Positions 33,357 through 45,601 are shown, counted from the first letter of the stretch. The stretch: 64,000 nt of DNA from Macrostomum lignano (GCA_002269645.1 NIVC01000387.1:439392-503391), one strand, 5' to 3'. Made by a program: numbers and translations. The notes: generated by a model not told the origin, from the letters alone.

Positions 33357-36225
33357 TTTGAGAGAAACGGTTCTAATATAATAGTACGATTACAACTGAC
33401 TTTACAAAATTAGTAACCAGCTGCAAAACTGCCGAAGTTAAATTAGAAAGTTAAATTCAGACACAATGTTAATTAAGAGTAGGATTAAATAAATGAATAA
33501 GTATAGGTGACTATGACACTATTTAAATAATGTGATTTAACTAGCCTGTGTTTTTACCGACTTTAAATTATCGCATACAAGATAAAAAATTTTTTTACCG
33601 ACACTTACTTTAATTTATTTAACTGCCTAAACATATTTAGAAGCAAAAGCTTTAATAGTTAGCACTTAGCTTTTGTCTCTGGTTTTACTTATATTTGTTT
33701 AGCATAGAGTCGTGAATACCGGCAATTTAAGTTCTTAATATAAAAAGAGCGACGTTAAATCGACGAAGTGAAAGTCTTTACCGTAAAAAGATCTATAATC
33801 CTCTTTGATAAGAAAATTATATCTAATAATCCAGAATACAAATTTTGCTCATTAATTTTAACTTTTACGATAAATATTGTGCATATATTGTGACTGAAAT
33901 GTCACGAAAAAAATAGTATTGACAATTGCATGGGCATAAAGTAATCCTCAAAATAACACATATCTCAACATATATTCAAATTATTTTTCATTATTTTTTA
34001 ACTGCTTTCCCAAGAATTACAAGGAACTAATTCAAAGGCATCGACTATTTGATCGACATCGACTGCAAAAAATGGGCGCAAAGCGAAGTATATTAAAGTT
34101 ATAAATGAGTTTAAAGTCTGAGTTTAAATTCAAGTTTAACTATCAACAGTACTCCTCTAATATGTACTGCGTGGCAACCGTAATTTCAAAAAAGAAATTG
34201 TTCTATCTACAAGTGTTTTTGTTGTGGCACCTATTTTTCATTGATTGGCGTCGGTGCTTAAGAAATGCTGGCGAAAATTCGCCCGTGAAAAAATTTTGCT
34301 GAAGCTTATAAAATTGATGCAAAACACAACAATTATACTAGTTGATATTCTTATATGCGTTTTAAATGAGAAAAAGCGGAAAAAAACTTCCCCACACTTT
34401 CGCCAGCCAGCCAGCATTTTGCCGGCTTTTCGCCAACACTGCAACTGTTTTCTCAGGGTTTTTCGCCTTTTTTTCTCAATAGGGCAAAAACTTAACCGGA
34501 AAATCCACTATAGAAAACGCTCTCAGAAAAAGATACTAAAGAAATACATGTACGCATACATGCATGTACATGAATATACAACACATAGGAAAAAAAGAAA
34601 TTAGTATAGCAATGAGACAGCAACAGCAACTGTATAATTTTAATGCATGCGCTTCTGATACAATTAAGCATTCAGTAAGCAAACCGGTAATTTTAATTTG
34701 ATGCAAGAGGAGGTGCGTTTAGTTCTAGCTGAGGAAGTTAGCAGCAAGAAGACGTGCTTTTTAATCAATTTGATTTTGCGGATGGATGCCCCAGTGTGTA
34801 CGTGCGCATGTTGCCTCAATTTTTCACTAATAGCTGAAGCTTGCTCAGCTGTATACAAAGCTCAGAAAAACAAATCCTGCTTACTATATAAGGCCATGAG
34901 CTGCCGGCGTGCATGGTCTAAGAATTTAATCTCTTTATTCTGTTTTTATGCCCAGTCAAGCTGCGGCAGTTCTCTCGCCCGATCCTCAGCTTGAGCCGGC
35001 TTCCGTCCCCGATCTCTTTTTTTGCCGCGGTTCACCCAACGCCCGTGTGTCGACAAACAGGAATATGAAAACTGAATGCTGATGACTGAAAGAGGAAGGA
35101 ACAGAGGAGACCAACGAATGAGGTCGGAGAAAGAAGAGGAGGAGAGGAGACAGATAGGCCGGGAGCGCATGCACTAGTCGCTCGATTCCCTGTCCCCATC
35201 CGTCAGGACTGGGGGAGGAGGCTGGCTGGACGTGAGCTGGGCCTCGGGGAGGTTTCAGAGTCCAGTGGGCGGCTGTCGGCTCCAGATAGTCGGAAGGTGC
35301 GGGAAAGGGAGAGAGATATTGGGGCAGAGAAATCGGACTCGAAGGCAGCGCGCTTTCTCCCATCCTGCTCCCGACCGGCATTCCATTCGCCCTCCCCCAG
35401 AGCCTACACCCTCCCGACCGACCTCACCTGCAGCGCACAGATGAGCCCATAAGCTCGTCTCAGCCATCCGTGGCCTCTCCTGCAGCCCAGTTTCCTCCGC
35501 AGCTCGCCTGCGCAAGCTTCCAAAATCTCAGAGCCCGTGTTGCTCTCTCAAACATCGTGACAGTTGCACCGCACAGCAATCATGGAGCGCTCCAGCGTGA
35601 CAACAACACCAGAAACAGTGAGAGCAAGCCCTGATCTTACTGAGCAAACCTGAGCTCTGAGTTCGCTAATCTTTTGTCGCAAATCCTAATTTTATTCTGT
35701 TCTTCACTTTTGAGTCAAAAATGTTTGTGCTCAGACGGGAGTGCATCAGATTTCAAATGGTTCAGCTCAGCCTTGCCAAGAGCTAATTTTAACAGAAATA
35801 TAAAGCTGTTCAAGGCAGGGCTAAAGCCTGCCTGCTTCGGTCGCTACATCTTGCATCTGAGAACAAGCACGCTGTCCTCCCGCCCCCCCCCTCCCTCCTC
35901 CGAGGCTGAAGGGATTCGATTCCCTAAAGGATTTGGATCTCTCGCAATGCAGACATTGGCATCAAATTTTAATCGCAAAGGACCTCCCTCCCTAGCTCGC
36001 CGTGGCTATCTCTGATGACAGCCTCTCTGTTCCTCATCACTGTTGCTGCCCGCCTGATCTTATCCCCAGCTCTTAATCCCAGTATATTCCCCTTTAGAAT
36101 AATCTAGTTACACATGACTTGCCTAATTTTCCCATTTCCGATGCAGCCGCTCTTGAGCTGTGAAAGCGGCTGAATTCGGATTTCGGTGCACCGAAAATTG
36201 TTGAATGGAAATCCAGCTGGCCCGC

Positions 36226-39200
36226 TCGCAATGATCAGCATAAACAGATTGATGAGCTGTAGGAAACCGAGACTCAATTCCGCTTGCAATGATCAGCATA
36301 AACAGATTGATGAGCTGTAGGAAACCGAGACTCAATTCCGCTCGCAATGATCAGCATAAACAGATTGATGAGCTGTAGGAAACCGAGACTCAATTCCGCT
36401 TGCAATGATCAGCATAAACAGATTGATGAGCTGTAGGAAACCGAGACTCAATTCCGCTTGCAATGATCAGCATAAACAGATTGATGAGCTGTAGGAAACC
36501 GAGACTCAATTCCGCTTGCAATGATCAGCATAAACAGATTGATGAGCTGTAGGAAACCGAGACTCAATTCCGCTCGCAATGATCAGCATAAACAGATTGA
36601 TGAGCTGTAGGAAACTGAGACTCAATTCCGCTTGCAATGATCAGCATAAACAGATTGATGAGCTGTAGGAAACCGAGACTCAATTCCGCTTGCAATGATC
36701 AGCATAAACAGATTGATGAGCTGTAGGAAACCGAGACTCAATTCCGCTTGCAATGATCAGCATAAACAGATTGATGAGCTGTAGGAAACCGAGACTCAAT
36801 TCCGCTCGCAATGATCAGCATAAACAGATTGATGAGCTGTAGGAAACTGAGACTCAATTCCGCTTGCAATGATCAGCATAAACAGATTGATGAGCTGTAG
36901 GAAACTGAGACTCAATTCCGCTCGCAATGATCAGCATAAACAGATTGATGAGCTGTAGGAAACCGAGACTCAATTCCGCTTGCAATGATCAGCATAAACA
37001 GATTGATGAGCTGTAGGAAACTGAGACTCAATTCCGCTTGCAATGATCAGCATAAACAGATTGATGAGCTGTAGGAAACTGAGACTCAATTCCGCTCGCA
37101 ATGATCAGCATAAACAGATTGATGAGCTGTAGGAAACCGAGACTCAATTCCGCTTGCAATGATCAGCATAAACAGATTGATGAGCTGTAGGAAACCGAGA
37201 CTCAATTCCGCTCGCAATGATCAGCATAAACAGATTGATGAGCTGTAGGAAACCGAGACTCAATTCCGCTCGCAATGATCAGCATAAACAGATTGATGAG
37301 CTGTAGGAAACTGAGACTCAATTCCGCTTGCAATGATCAGCATAAACAGATTGATGAGCTGTAGGAAACCGAGACTCAATTCCGCTTGCAATGATCAGCA
37401 TAAACAGATTGATGAGCTGTAGGAAACCGAGACTCAATTCCGCTTGCAATGATCAGCATAAACAGATTGATGAGCTGTAGGAAACCGAGACTCAATTCCG
37501 CTTGCAATGATCAGCATAAACAGATTGATGAGCTGTAGGAAACTGAGACTCAATTCCGCTTGCAATGATCAGCATAAACAGATTGATGAGCTGTAGGAAA
37601 CCGAGACTCAATTCCGCTTGCAATGATCAGCATAAACAGATTGATGAGCTGTAGGAAACCGAGACTCAAATCCGCTCGCAATGATCAGCATAAACAGATT
37701 GATGAGCTGTAGGAAACCGAGACTCAATTCCGCTCGCAATGATCAGCATAAACAGATTGATGAGCTGTAGGAAACCGAGACTCAAATCCGCTCGCAATGA
37801 TCAGCATAAACAGATTGATGAGCTGTAGGAAACTGAGACTCAATTCCGCTCGCAATGATCAGCATAAACAGATTGATGAGCTGTAGGAAACCGAGACTCA
37901 ATTCCGCTCGCAATGATCAGCATAAACAGATTGATGAGCTGTAGGAAACCGAGACTCAATTCCGCTCGCAATGATCAGCATAAACAGATTGATGAGCTGT
38001 AGGAAACCGAGACTCAATTCCGCTCGCAATGATCAGCATAAACAGATTGATGAGCTGTAGGAAACCGAGACTCAAATCCGCTCGCAATGATCAGCATAAA
38101 CAGATTGATGAGCTGTAGGAAACTGAGACTCAATTCCGCTCGCAATGATCAGCATAAACAGATTGATGAGCTGTAGGAAACCGAGACTCAATTCCGCTCG
38201 CAATGATCAGCATAAACAGATTGATGAGCTGTAGGAAACCGAGACTCAATTCCGCTCGCAATGATCAGCATAAACAGATTGATGAGCTGTAGGAAACCGA
38301 GACTCAATTCCGCTCGCAATGATCAGCATAAACAGATTGATGAGCTGTAGGAAACCGAGACTCAATTCCGCTCGCAATGATCAGCATAAACAGATTGATG
38401 AGCTGTAGGAAACCGAGACTCAATTCCGCTCGCAATGATCAGCATAAACAGATTGATGAGCTGTAGGAAACCGAGACTCAATTCCGCTCGCAATGATCAG
38501 CATAAACAGATTGATGAGCTGTAGGAAACCGAGACTCAATTCCGCTCGCAATGATCAGCATAAACAGATTGATGAGCTGTAGGAAACCGAGACTCAAATC
38601 CGCTCGCAATGATCAGCATAAACAGATTGATGAGCTGTAGGAAACTGAGACTCAATTCCGCTCGCAATGATCAGCATAAACAGATTGATGAGCTGTAGGA
38701 AACTGAGACTCAATTCCGCTTGCAATGATCAGCATAAACAGATTGATGAGCTGTAGGAAACCGAGACTCAATTCCGCTTGCAATGATCAGCATAAACAGA
38801 TTGATGAGCTGTAGGAAACTGAGACTCAATTCCGCTCGCAATGATCAGCATAAACAGATTGATGAGCTGTAGGAAACTGAGACTCAATTCCGCTCGCAAT
38901 GATCAGCATAAACAGATTGATGAGCTGTAGGAAACCGAGACTCAATTCCGCTTGCAATGATCAGCATAAACAGATTGATGAGCTGTAGGAAACCGAGACT
39001 CAATTCCGCTCGCAATGATCAGCATAAACAGATTGATGAGCTGTAGGAAACTGAGACTCAATTCCGCTTGCAATGATCAGCATAAACAGATTGATGAGCT
39101 GTAGGAAACCGAGACTCAATTCCGCTCGCAATGATCAGCATAAACAGATTGATGAGCTGTAGGAAACCGAGACTCAATTCCGCTTGCAATGATCAGCATA

Positions 39201-39411
39201 AACAGATTGATGAGCTGTAGGAAACCGAGACTCAATTCCGCTCGCAATGATCAGCATAAACAGATTGATGAGCTGTAGGAAACCGAGACTCAATTCCGCT
39301 CGCAATGATCAGCATAAACAGATTGATGAGCTGTAGGAAACTGAGACTCAATTCCGCTCGCAATGATCAGCATAAACAGATTGATGAGCTGTAGGAAACC
39401 GAGACTCAATT
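36226..39411. repeat. 58-bp minisatellite (GCTCGCAATGATCAGCATAAACAGATTGATGAGCTGTAGGAAACCGAGACTCAATTCC), about 55 copies
   Basis: Direct periodicity with three recurring variant sites. Confidence 0.97.
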
Positions 39412-39556
39412 CAGAGTCAGGTTGAAACCAATACGAATTCTCGTAAATTCTAAAAAAGCTGGAAACAATTATTTCAAGGGGTCATTTCTCTGTCACAAGC
39501 ACTTCATTTCCCTTCATGCGTCTCAGAAAATCACGCTGGACGCCAATGGGGACGGC

Positions 39557-40048
39557 ATGTCCGTGTTCCAAAATCCTCGCTTCCGCCTGTGCGCTCACCA
39601 CTTGAATGCCGGCAGCCAGGCGGCCGAAGCCATGCCAATGTACAACTTCTTCGTGTGCCTCAACGACTCGCGCTATACGAAGATCTTCAGCGACATGGAG
39701 CGGGGCATCAGCGACCGGCGCGACCGCGGCCTGCCGATCCTGGCCGCCATCATCGGAGTCTACTGTTTATTCATCCTGTTCGGTGCGTTCGGAAATGGCC
39801 TCGTCATGCTGACTGTGTGCCGCAACCGGGCCATGCGCACCGCCCGGAACCTCTTCATATTCAACCTGGCCCTGTCCGACTTCATTCTGTGCCTCTTCAC
39901 GCAGCCGCTCAACCTGCTGCGCCTGTTCCCCGACTACATCAGCTGGGAATTTGGCGAGCTTCTCTGCAAAGTGGTCAACACTCTCACCGGTCTCAATATG
40001 TTTGTGTCCACGTTTTCGATTACAGCCATCGCACTGGACCGCTTCCAG
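39557..40048 (+). CDS. NPY/NPF-receptor-like class A GPCR exon 1 (N-terminus, TM1-TM3)
   Basis: GN..V, MRTARNLFIFNLALSD, LCK, DRF motifs; CAG/GTGAGT donor, phase 0. Start codon is the first in-frame ATG and is tentative. Confidence 0.9.
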
Positions 40049-40728
40049 GTGAGTAGATGATGGAGTGGCTGTTTAGACTGTCTGATTGAGGGTTGGCCAA
40101 CGCCAACTTGTATTGAGCCTTGGTGAATTCTGCGCCACTATGTTCTCAAAGGCAACCAGTTAGGTTCTCCATTGGTGGATGCATGCAGAGGATTGAGTGT
40201 CCCAAAGGTCCTTCGAACTCAAGAGCAGCCTCTATCCCTCAGTCTCCATGCTCATGCGATCAAAGCCAGCCAGTTCTTGAGTGGCACTTTAACTTCAATA
40301 CAAAGAGAATAGTTTGAGGTTGGAAATGAGAGGTCAGCTTCTACGAGCATTGTAACGAGACTTTTAGGACATTAGGACCTTATGAACTAAAAGTAGCAAA
40401 GAGCCTAAGCTATTATTGCTGCATGCTCATATGCTAGTGACGATTCGAGTCCAAGAAAGTTCGATAGCAGAAAACAGTGAGTCAGTCAGTTCATATTTCG
40501 TTGTCCAGTGCGAGATTCCTTGCCATCAACGGGAAAGGCTGTTCATTTTACAATGCGTTCGCACGGCCTTTCTCATTATTTGTGACTGATACGATGACAG
40601 CGTATTGTGGATGGTGGGCAGGGAAATTCTTATTCTTAGACTAAGAAAAAATCCGAGAAAAACTGTCCAACTAAAAACCCTATATACTACTACCGAGATA
40701 TCTGGATTTGAAACAAGTATATGTTTAA

Positions 40729-43487
40729 CAGCAGAAAGACCATGGGGGTGTATTTCAAGTACACACATTTTTCCTTTGTCTGTATCTCCGAAAATATTCA
40801 ACCAATTGCCATGAAAATCCAGAACACGGGCTAAAATTTTCCACTCTATTCAATGGAGCAACTTTGAGAATCACAAAAAATCGGCATCGTCGAGATATTC
40901 AACGATTCTCCTCGGGGTGTCTGGTGACAAAAAAACACCAACATTAGCAATTTTTTCTGCTCACAAAATCTCACAAAACCGTCGGGACCTTCGATTCAAC
41001 AAAAGCACCCGATCGGCATCTCAGAGGCGGCTGCGTTCCCAAAACTGAAATGGAATAATCCTCTTCTGCATCCAGCATTCAGTCAGTAGACACAATCGGT
41101 GAATGAAATGGACGATGGCTACTCTCTAGGCTGACCTTTAGACATACAGGCGACCTTCAGGACCTTCAACGGAGTGCCACCTTGCGGCCCCGACGAGCTG
41201 GCACCCCCAACATCGTGATTTTTCTATCAAGGCACCAAACCAGACATGTCTGCATATTATACAATGGTCCTGCACCATGTTCAGCATTCAGCTCTGTCTG
41301 GACGACCTTCAGGACCTTCAACGGGGTGCCACCACGCGGCCCCGATGAGGTGGCACCCCCAACATCGTTTTTATATTAAGACACCAGACCAGGCATGTCT
41401 GCATATTATACAATGGTCCTGCACCTTGTTAAATTGGAGAGTTACAGATTTAACTCGCGACTGAAAAATATAAAATATATTATTTGTAAAAAATGATATT
41501 ACAGCATGTCAAAAATGATATTACAGCATGTCAAAAATGATGGTACAGCAAATTCAAAGCAGAAGGATCTGAACACCGACACGTAGACACAAAAGCGGAG
41601 TCAATTTTCATCGCAGTGTGTCTTCGGCAAATTCCTTCGTCACACATGCAACACTTCCTTGTTGTCGCACTCAAAGCTTCTCGTCCTTTGACTTTTGTCT
41701 CGCGCGTGTTGCACAGCGCTTTCTGCCACCAACTGACACCACAGCCGCCGCTTCGCGTGCCTGTTCCTTCATTTGCTCGTCGTTGAGTCGACAACCTGCG
41801 AGCTGGAACATCAGCCTGTGATGATTGGACAGATTTTGAAGAAGAGCGGCCGATTGCGAGCGCTCCTCGATCAGAGGTTGCAGAAGTTGCGCAGCTGCCT
41901 TGCGCTGGAACTCGTTGCGATAGTTCGGCGAGGGGCAGAGCTCCGGGTGCGCCAGTCTCCAGATAGCAGCGGCATTCACAGCTGCTATGTTGAGTATGCC
42001 GCCGGAGAAGATTGCCTTCTCGCATGATGAGTCGGAATTTCGCTTGCAGTCGGATGTGCGGAAAATCCTGTTACAGGTGTCCGTGCCACTCTTGGTAGAA
42101 TTGTAGAACGTGCCTATTTCTACAGGCTTGCCATTGGGAAGCAATTTTCTGTCGTGATGCATGGTGGACAGCAACATCACGTTTCGGCCCGCCTTGGGGC
42201 AGTTGGACACACACGTGAGTTCCTCAGAAAACCGGAATTCGCTCGTGTGTGGAGCCATGGTTTTAGTTGTATTCTTGAGATCGGCTGGCAGGCCACCACA
42301 AGTGCGCATCACTGTTCCAAGAAACGAGAATCCCATTTCTCGGTACAAGTGATTGACCAGCGCAGGACTCGAGAAGAATCTGTCACATGTGATGTTGTAC
42401 CAGTGTCCTTTGAATGGATCAGCCAAGCGGCAAACAACTTGCTCATCACTCCACACCTCGGAGCCCTTGGCCAGCCGAGAATCAAATCCCTGTGATGCAA
42501 AAGTAGTGGACAGCAGTGTCCTTTGCCAGTGCATATTTCCGCATTGAACACATAGCGGATGTCCATGTCATCCTGAATCTCTGGATTCCCAGCCGATGTC
42601 AGCAGGAACAGCTTGGCACCATTGCGACGGGCTTCTCCTTCAGAAAGACCGTGAAGTCACAATCCACACCCCAGTAGACAACCAGAGTTTCGTCGACGCA
42701 GAGGTAGGCCCGAAAAGGACAGGATGGCTCAGCTGGCTGACAAAGGTGTCGGATGCCGTAGAATTTGTCCGTTGTGGCAGTCCGCTGACGATGTTCGGCA
42801 GTTTCGAATTTAACATGGTGCTGGACCATTGTATAATATGCAGACATGCCTGGTTTGGTGTCTAGATAGAAAAATCACAATGTGGGGGGTGCCAGCTCGT
42901 CGGGGCCGCAAGGTGGCACTCCGTTGAAGGTCCCGAAGGTCGCCGTATGTCTACAGGTCAGCCTAGAGAGTCGCCATCGTCCATTTCATTCACCGATTAT
43001 GTCTAATGACTGAATGCTGCATGCAGAAGAGGATTATTCCATTTCAGTTTTGGGAACGCAGCCGTCTCTGAGATGCCGATCGGGTGCTTTTGTTGAAGCT
43101 TGAAGGTCCCGACGGTCACCGCCGATGCTCCAGACGGAGATGAAGGGGACCCTGGTGCCTAGGATGCTGAGAACAAAGGCTTCTGCGACAGATGGACCCA
43201 GATTACTGAGCCAATATGGATATACCATAAAGGTTTATACAGTGTAGTGTTGGTTGTCCTTGCCACCAGTGTCTTAGACAAGAATCGTTGAATATCTCGA
43301 CGATGCTGACGTCGGATGACTTTGAAAGTTAGTTCGTCGGAAAGGGCGGAAAATTTTGATCTATATGGTGGACTTTTACGAAAATCGGTAATTCGGTTTG
43401 CGAGATATCGTGAAATGGGTCGTGTGTATTTGTAATACACCCCCGTGGTCTTTCCCCATGGGGAAAAATAGCGTGGTCTTTCTACTG
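40729..43487 (-). mobile_element. Decayed piggyBac-family transposon with about 700-bp inverted arms, in GPCR intron 1
   Basis: TTAA at 40725-40728 and 43488-43491. Terminal 16-mers CAGCAGAAAGACCATG and CAGTAGAAAGACCACG (2 mismatches). Arms about 40729-41435 and 42807-43487 are inverted homologues. Confidence 0.88.
41535..42847 (-). pseudogene. piggyBac (PGBD, DDE_Tnp_1_7) transposase pseudogene, frameshifted
   Basis: DKF..IR.L...LCVDETL...G..C.F......KP; ITCDRFFSS..L; LGTV; VMLLSTMH; KP...FYNSTKSGTD; LNIAAVNA; C-terminal KCCMCDEGICRRH in another frame. Split over three reading frames. Confidence 0.9.
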
Positions 43488-43628
43488 TTAAGGGAAGTCA
43501 TCCAAGAACTGAGCATCGAACACACTACAAAGAGAAGGGAAAATTTAGGTGCCCAAAGCTTGGATTATACAGCATGACAGTTCATACTCTATCAGCCACA
43601 ACTTTACATGCCTCATCTTAACCTGCAG

Positions 43629-44105
43629 GTGATCGTGTACCCAACTCGCACCAGGATGGAGCGGCGCACCATGGCTCTGTGCCTGCTGGCCATCTGGGGC
43701 GCCGCTGGCATGATGGCCAGCCCGCTGTTTCTGTTCGCCACCATCGAGCAGAACCGGCTGCAAAATCAAAAGCCGCTGAACATCTGCAGCGAGACAACTT
43801 CGCGAATTTTCATCCGATATGCTAAGCTAGCTTACGGCAGCGGTGTGATGGTGGTGCAGTACCTGGTACCTCTGGGCATTGTGGTGGCTGCCTATGCCAG
43901 AATCTGCGTCCGCCTGCAGCACCGGATGCGCAGCCTGAAGCAGCGGGGCGACCACCGGTCCGCCTACCAGGCCAACCGAGAAGCCGCCGAGGCCGTGCGG
44001 CAGCGCCGGGCCAACCTGCTGCTGGTCACCATCGCGGTGGTGTTCAGCCTGTCCTGGCTGCCCCTGACCATCATCAACATTGTGCACGACGTTCGCGTCC
44101 TGAAA
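43629..44105 (+). CDS. NPY/NPF-receptor-like GPCR exon 2 (TM4-TM6)
   Basis: VIVYP continues DRFQ; IW....ASPLF, C.E, VVQYLVPL.IV...Y.RI, FSLSWLPL; 477 nt, phase 0/0. Confidence 0.92.
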
Positions 44106-44176
44106 GTGAGTAGAAGACCCTTGATCTTGGCTGACTCGGTTCTGCGACAATTGACAACCACAAATTGACTGCTGAC

Positions 44177-44254
44177 CTTAACCCTAACCTAAATCTAAAC
44201 CCTAAACCTAACCTAAACCCGGCCTAAATCCCAACTCTAACCTAAACCCTAACC
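44177..44254. repeat. Degenerate CCCTAA/CCTAAA telomere-like tract
   Basis: Direct; short and imperfect. Confidence 0.6.
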
Positions 44255-45187
44255 GTAGACTACGAGTAAATCGGCAGTCAAATGATGGTATCCAGGCTGA
44301 CTCACTCATGGACAACTAAAGTAGATGGGCGGCTACAATACCAAATAATATCAAGTTCACTAAGACAAGAAGCCGGTTTCGATGCAAAATGCATTTGTGA
44401 GACTGTGATTTCTTAAACTACAGTGAGAACGGAAACTGACAAACAAGCAAATTTTTTTTATTAGAGGCAGGGGGTTGTGTGCACCCTGGCGCACTTTAAG
44501 CGACATAGGCACACAACCGGCGAGAGGCACTACTGCCCATTCCGCCGACTCTCCTGAGCAGGCATACAAGCGCGCGGATACGTACGCAGGCACACACTCA
44601 CACAGAAGTGTACAGCGGCCCTAACTTTATATTATCGTTAGGCATGTACACTTCACTGCGCCTTGGGGGGTTGGCTCTCAAGGCCGTTAATTGCACGAGC
44701 AGAGCCAAGCCGAGATTCAATTCAGCCCCAAATTAATGTGACTGCACTTGGAATCGAGACTGGGTCGCTGGCACACCTGAGCCTGCGCTAGACCGCTGGG
44801 CTACGGCCCCACATGACAAACAAGCAAAAGTTCCACAAGAAAGTTTTACTGTTCGAATCTCTTTAGCGCTTCTTTCCAAGCAGACTTTTACTGGCTGGTT
44901 CTGTCTTGGGTAAAACCCTTCTTGTATTGTTTGAGGAAACATCTTTACGTGTAGTTTTAGAGAAAGCGGAGTTGCCAGACTAAAATAATATTTGGAGATG
45001 AAATCTGAAAGCTTTATATCAGGTTAATACATTTTGCAGTGGACACTGGCCTTCAGTGCACGATCTGCGAGCGAAGCGTCCTTCCTATTTTTCTGTTAAA
45101 ATCCTGTCACTCACTTTCCCGCAGTCTAAAGTCTAACACAGTTTTTATGCGTTTTTAATTTTCGACAAGATCAAGGAACGCAACCAG

Positions 45188-45601
45188 GTGGCCAGGAGCT
45201 CCGATCGTGACGATCCGTTCGGCCTTGAGAACGCCGGCTCGAATTTGAACGACAGCACCCTGGTCATTGCGGTGTCGCAGAGCATCCCGCTGCTCCTGGT
45301 CCTGGTGTCGGCCTGCCTCAACCCCGTCTTCTACGGCTGGTTTAACGAGAATTTCCAGAGGGAGTTCCACCGCCTGCTGTGCCTCAACCGGCTGGCCAGG
45401 GCTGGCCCCAAATTTCGCGCCCGGGTTGGCGCCAGCAGTGGCGCCGGTGGCGGGGCCGGCGCCGGGAGCAGAGCCGGAGCCGGCGGCTCAGCTGTCGAGA
45501 AGTCGGGAGACGGCGGCGAGGCGATCCCGCTGAACGCGCTCGAGTCCGCCAGCAGAGCTGCTGCAGCGTCTCCGGCCGATGCAGAAGACCCGGAGGCCTA
45601 G
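45188..45601 (+). CDS. NPY/NPF-receptor-like GPCR exon 3 (ECL3, TM7, C-tail)
   Basis: SACLNPVFYGWFNENFQREF motif; ccag acceptor, phase 0, TAG stop. Confidence 0.9.
   Translation: MARSSDRDDPFGLENAGSNLNDSTLVIAVSQSIPLLLVLVSACLNPVFYGWFNENFQREFHRLLCLNRLARAGPKFRARVGASSGAGGGAGAGSRAGAGGSAVEKSGDGGEAIPLNALESASRAAAASPADAEDPEA

Noticed and set aside
33700-33800. Possible spliced-leader RNA gene upstream of ARL8
   Set aside because: No convincing match to a leader, donor and Sm-site arrangement.
34200-34445. Possible MITE (TGGCGAAAA / TTTTCGCCAACACTG motifs)
   Set aside because: Only one plausible terminus and no TSD found.
36226-39411. CRISPR-like appearance of regular arrays (also 12950-13404 and 22013-22430)
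   Set aside because: Units are head-to-tail with no unique spacers, there are no cas genes, and the context is eukaryotic.
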